A stretch of DNA of 57,533 nt, counting the filler, from Squatina squatina (lineage: Eukaryota), in NCBI GenBank assembly GCA_031763465.1. It is 3 parts of 3 records of this genome, joined end to end, with 100 filler letters (N's around TTAATTAATTAA, not from the genome) between each part and the next. Parts side by side here need not be neighbours in the genome. Positions count along the whole stretch, not along the records: positions 32,050 to 57,533 come from JARFOE010000234.1; 2 more parts are not named here. The stretch is one strand, 5' to 3'. Every line of letters starts with the position of its first letter. Positions within the stretch are counted from its first letter, which is position 1. Below, in pieces: positions 52,641 to 57,533 of the stretch. The position numbers were made by a program, and so were the translations under genes. The notes beneath the pieces are model-generated. The model was not told the origin of the DNA. It was given only the letters and a program-made list of their open reading frames with translations, and searched no databases.

Positions 52641-52940
52641 CTAGTCCAGATAGCAGTCCCATTTACCGATGTAAGGAATCAAAAGCCAACTCCTGCAGAA
52701 AAAAGAGCAGCAATAAACAGGAAAATATTAGCCAGGAAGTCTACAGCAGTCTGGACAGATTAAGCTTTGGTAGGGGAAAGGGTCAAGGGAGGCAAAAGTC
52801 ACGGAGGCAGAGGCAACCGAGGGGAGCTAAGTCTTGCAATGTGTCTTCAAAGTCAGATTCTTTGGAGCCCAAGAGGCTCGAGCAAAGACATAGACAGAAG
52901 ATCCTCAATGATGCCACTGACCTTAACCAGCTACTGAAAG
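51920..52940 (+). CDS. CFAP97: CFAP97 (KIAA1430) first coding exon, Ser-rich disordered region
   Basis: ATG at 51920; MDSDTNRDGEVDHSFFDSD and SEGTVTDVTPITSPD motifs; ends DLNQLLK G|gtgaaa (phase 1). Confidence 0.92.
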
Positions 52941-53139
52941 GTGAAACTTAAAATGTTTCTTTTTGTCAGATGAAGGTTAGTTATTATACCGTTAATAAAC
53001 TTTATTTCAGTTCTAAAACCATACTAGTAATTGCCCAGGAGTGAACCCTACCCAATATATGATCTATTGATACATCTATTAATATACATACAGTCTGCAA
53101 AGCCTTACTTCCTGTGGCAACAGCCTTAAGGAAAGGTCA

Positions 53140-53545
53140 TAAAAACATAAGAATTAGGAGCAGGAGTAGGCCATTTGGCCCTTCAAGCCTGCTCCGCCAT
53201 TCAATAAGATTGTGACTGATCTTTTACCTCAACTCCACCATCCCACAATATCCCCCTATCCCTTGGTATCCAAAAATCTATCAATCTATCAATCTCCGTC
53301 TTAAATACAATCAACGACTGAGGTAGACAGCTCTCGGGTAGAGAATTCCAAAAATTCATCATCCTTTTGAGTGAAGAAATTTCTCTTCATCCCAGTCCTA
53401 AATGGCCAACCCCTTATCCTGAGACTAGTGATCCCTGGTTCTAGATTCCCCAGCCAGGGGAAACATCCTCGCAGCATCTACTGTTATGCCCCTTTAAAAA
53501 AACGTTATGTTTCAATGAGATTACCTCTCATTCTTCTAAACTCTC
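53140..53545 (-). mobile_element. CR1 LINE 3' end in CFAP97 intron
   Basis: cataagaattaggagcaggagtaggccatttggccc...gtgaagaaatttctcttcatcccagtcctaaatggcc. Confidence 0.88.
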
Positions 53546-54561
53546 TCGTCATGTTGCAATTGTATCTTCCTGCCAGTGGTAGTGCTGTAGCATCTCAGTT
53601 TTGCATCTCTCGCTCCTCAGCCGGTACTGCAGAGACACTCAGATGTTCCAACCAACTGTACTTTGTTTGCCAAGTTGCCATAAGTTTTGATGGTTTACTA
53701 TTATATAAAATTGTACCAAATGAGGTCAGAATGTGTCATTAACTTTAACTTGGGAACTGAAGTATGCCTGTGTGTTTTTGGTCCAATTGATCTTGTCTCC
53801 AACAACCCCTCTTGACTCCGCATGTGTAAAATGCTAAAGCTGAATGATTGATTATTTGGAAAGACAGACAAATAGTGCATCTGATGTGTTTTGCCTTTCA
53901 CTTCTATATTTTTGCAAATTTCTGTTTTCTGTCACGCTTCAAGAAAATGCTTTTTTTTAAAACAAGACGATCTCTAATCTTTCAGGAACTCTTTTTAGTT
54001 TTGAATGTTCTTATGTTTGCATGCGTGTTTGTCTCTGCAGAATGTTGGGTTATGCAACTTCAAACCGAAGAAATATTTTAGTTATGTTGCCACTAGATGT
54101 AACAATGTCCCAAAGGGGGAAAAAGCCAGTGCACTTTAATGGTGTGCCAGCATGTTGCTTGTGATGTTCTCAATTTGATACCTTAAATTATTCCCGTCAT
54201 TATCACCACCTATGCTGATGTACTGTGTTACCTAGTTAAAATACCCTCTCCAGATGCACAGTGAAATTTGTTCACAGAATCTGTAATCTTAAGTGTGCTT
54301 GTTGGTTGGGTGGTTTTAACATTTCAAGCAGACATGTGATAATTTCACGGGCCTACCGTTGCACTTTACTAAAATTGTGATGATAAAATCCATCAACAGA
54401 AGTGGTAATGAAATTTTTCCACCCAACATTACATTTTACTAGAACCATTTTATTGTTTAATTTTGCATTTGAGCAATTTTACTCAGTTCCTCAAGACTGG
54501 TTTTGTTAAAGTTTTAAGTGTTGAATTTAAAGTAACCTGAATGCTATTGTTCCTCTTTCAG

Positions 54562-54824
54562 CTATGATGCATTTGGAGAAGAGAGAGCTGCAAAAAATAG
54601 TTGCTGATTTACCACCACGGAGGTACAGGAAAAACTACACCTTCAGTAACGAAGAGTCAAAACGGATTGATCGTGAAAATCAGAGATTGTTACAAGAACT
54701 GACCCGAAAAGCCTCAAAGCCAGCAGTTGTTGCACCAAAGAATCTCTCATCTGCGACGGTCCGAATTTACCACAGCACTTTGAACAGACAGCGGGAACAG
54801 GCGAGGATCGAAAAAGAAAACTTG
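54562..54824 (+). CDS. CFAP97: CFAP97 second coding exon (hemingway/CFAP97 domain), 263 nt
   Basis: ctctttcag|...|gtgagt; KNYTFSNEESKRIDRENQRLLQEL...YHSTLNRQREQARIEKENL; phase matches the previous exon. Confidence 0.93.
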
Positions 54825-57326
54825 GTGAGTTTTCTACATAGCCCAGAGGTAGAGAAGCAGGACTGCCCAGAAAATTTGAAAAAGGTACACGGAGGTCTCT
54901 GCTGAATTAGCCGGGCTCACAAAGGGCGGTGCTGTGATTCAGTTGGTTTCAGCTGATTCAGGGTTCTCACATCTGCTTTTCCAAAGACCCCAGCTGGCTG
55001 TGGAGCCTCCATTTGCTGTAGTTGAATAGTGCATTGACACTCCATCCAGGCTCATGCATGGTGAGTGACCAATTAGGCAAAACACCGAGAGATGCTTCTC
55101 GAGGAACTATAGAAAACCAGAGAAGGGAGTAAAGTCAATNNNNNNNNNNNNNNNNNNNNNNNNNNNNNNNNNNNNNNNNNNNNNNNNNNNNNNNNNNNNN
55201 NNNNNNNNNNNNNNNNNNNNNNNNNNNNNNNNNNNNNNNAGCCTAGTAACCACAAGTTCACCGTTCTACAGTCACTCAGTTTGTGATACAGTCAAAGGTA
55301 ATTAGTTGCTCTACAGCTGTGATGCATGTACTATCCTCTAAAGTTTGCTGGGGAAGTATAAGTCACATCTTTAGTATGTTCTAAGATTTCACGTTCTGGA
55401 ACACAGTAACTCCCTGCACAGGCTATTTCAGGCAACAGTGCTTCCTCTAGCTTGTGCTTAGCTAGTTATTTCCATTTGACACCAAAAAATCTGGCACCAG
55501 ACACGAACGCTTGTGACATGTACCTTCAGATCCAAAGTGATTTTAACTCCTGGTGTGCTGTGTACTTAAAATTAAAATGTGGCTTTGAAGATGTTTAGGA
55601 TTAAGTACAATTTGTTGTTCTAAAATTCATTTCTTGAATGTTCTTCATGGTTCGAAGTTCCAGATAAAAGTTATTTGTTGGGAAATTTAAGGGTTGTGAA
55701 AGAACACTATCAATATTAGGAAAAGTTTAATGATATGTAGGCCACAACTGTGCTTGCATATCATTTCAGTTGTTCAGATGCCATTTCATTTTTCCCGAGT
55801 CACAGTTCTCTCCATTTAACTCTTGTATTGCTTTGCTCAGGAATCAAAGTAGATGTAATGGGTTAAAAGAATTGAAAGTGCATTTAGTAGCATGCATTGA
55901 ACCACACTGCCACTTCATTAAGTCCAAGATTCTCTGGCTAAAACCCCTCACCCTATATTTGCAGATACTTTAAATGCACCAGCTTNNNNNNNNNNNNNNN
56001 NNNNNNNNNNNNNNNNNNNNNNNNNNNNNNNNNNNNNNNNNNNNNNNNNNNNNNNNNNNNNNNNNNNNNNNNNNNNNNNNNNNNNCTAAAGGCAAAGCAT
56101 TTATGCCTGATCTATATATGTAGGGTATGGCGCAGGACAAAATATCTTCATTTTCTTAGTGTTTTGTCATCTTCAGATCCCTAAATCCTTGCCTCTTCTC
56201 TACCTTCTTAAATATCCTCCAGCCCTGTATCCCAGCACACACTATCTGGTTCTCCAATGTGGGCCGACTTGTTACTTTCCAATGCACCATCAGAGGCCGT
56301 TTGTTCAGCTACTTTGGCCCCACCCTCTGGAACTCAGTGCCTCCATCTTCTCAATTCCATCCCAGTCTTTAAAAGAACTCCTTCAAGCTCTTCTGTTTGA
56401 CTGTGCTGTTTCCTTTCATGACTCCTGCTGAGCCTCTTCAGCTTTCTCTCCCATGCTCCTATCCACCACTCTGGTGCTCGGAGTTGTCTCGTGATGAGTA
56501 ATGAGTGTGAGAGAAATGTAAGTTGTTTGATTTAATGTCACTTTTTTTATAACCAATTGCTGCCTTGCCTTGTGAACTTTTTCTTGTCCTTCCCATCAGT
56601 TATCATACAGCCTTTCACAAAGGCTATATTGATGGTTATCTAGTTTCATTTCAAAGTGCTAAGCCTGTGCTGTAGTGGATGGCTCTTCCTCTTCCACTCA
56701 TCATCCAACATTACCCACTTTTTTGCTGAAAATTCCATTCTTGATTCATCAGTTAGCACATAAAGAGCACACTCCATGTTCACAACAATATGCAGGTTTC
56801 AAAGTTCGACGAGGAGTCGATACAAGCACCAGCTCAATTCAAGTCAGGAAGTTTTATTGAAAATGTTATACATTACGCAGTCTTAATAAATACATTTGAT
56901 TTAATTAGGACCATAAGTACATTTGTTTCGCTGAGGATCGATGCTAAATAATGTGCATATCTGTAGTAATTAGAATATAACCATTCCTGGACTACTTGTA
57001 TTAAATACAGAAATTTATCACCACCCACGGGGGAAAAAAACTGGTAAACCCATAAGTAAAATATGTACAGTTTGCATGGGGATAAGGCCACGGAGTTTAA
57101 TACATGGATGACAAACCCAAAGGGTGACCTTGACTTTTTGATAATGCATAAATCCCTTTCACATTTGTTATGACTCCCCAACCTGCAACTGCTTTTGTTC
57201 AGACATCAGATTCCTCAAAAGGTGCAGTCACCATTGTTAAAGCCATTGTTCCTGCTACAATATATTACAGTTTTCTAACTTGGTATAATTTTCAGTGGTG
57301 GGGGAAGGGGATGCTGTTGGATCTTA

Positions 57327-57506
<180 letters not shown>

Positions 57507-57533
57507 TTAGAACATGTATTATCCACTCACTAC

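Noticed and set aside
51842-52662. Several overlapping antisense and alternative-frame ORFs
   Set aside because: Expected in GC-rich CFAP97 coding sequence; no recognisable motifs

Overview
Eukaryotic vertebrate genomic DNA, most likely a shark or other cartilaginous fish (inferred from Deu-SINE, CR1, L2, RTE and Penelope repeat content), from a fragmented draft assembly. Two artificial linkers (44N-TTAATTAATTAA-44N at 13026-13125 and 31950-32049) join three unrelated scaffolds. (1) 1-13025: no recognisable gene, only repeats and possible micro-exons. (2) 13126-31949: spliced exons of STRAP(-), EPS8(+) and PTPRO(-), in the order and orientation known from human 12p12.3. (3) 32050-57533: exons of SNX25(-) head-to-head with CFAP97(+), as at human 4q35.1. 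Many exons are hidden in 100-N gaps of unknown size. I see no evidence of a new multi-gene system. The best second-look items are a twin-priming-type inverted RTE insertion inside a SINE, a minimal hammerhead ribozyme in a Penelope element, RFX X-box-like sites near CFAP97, and a candidate alternative SNX25 start exon. Gene calls rest on my recall of vertebrate protein sequences plus splice-site and phase consistency; no database search was run. Repeat boundaries are approximate.
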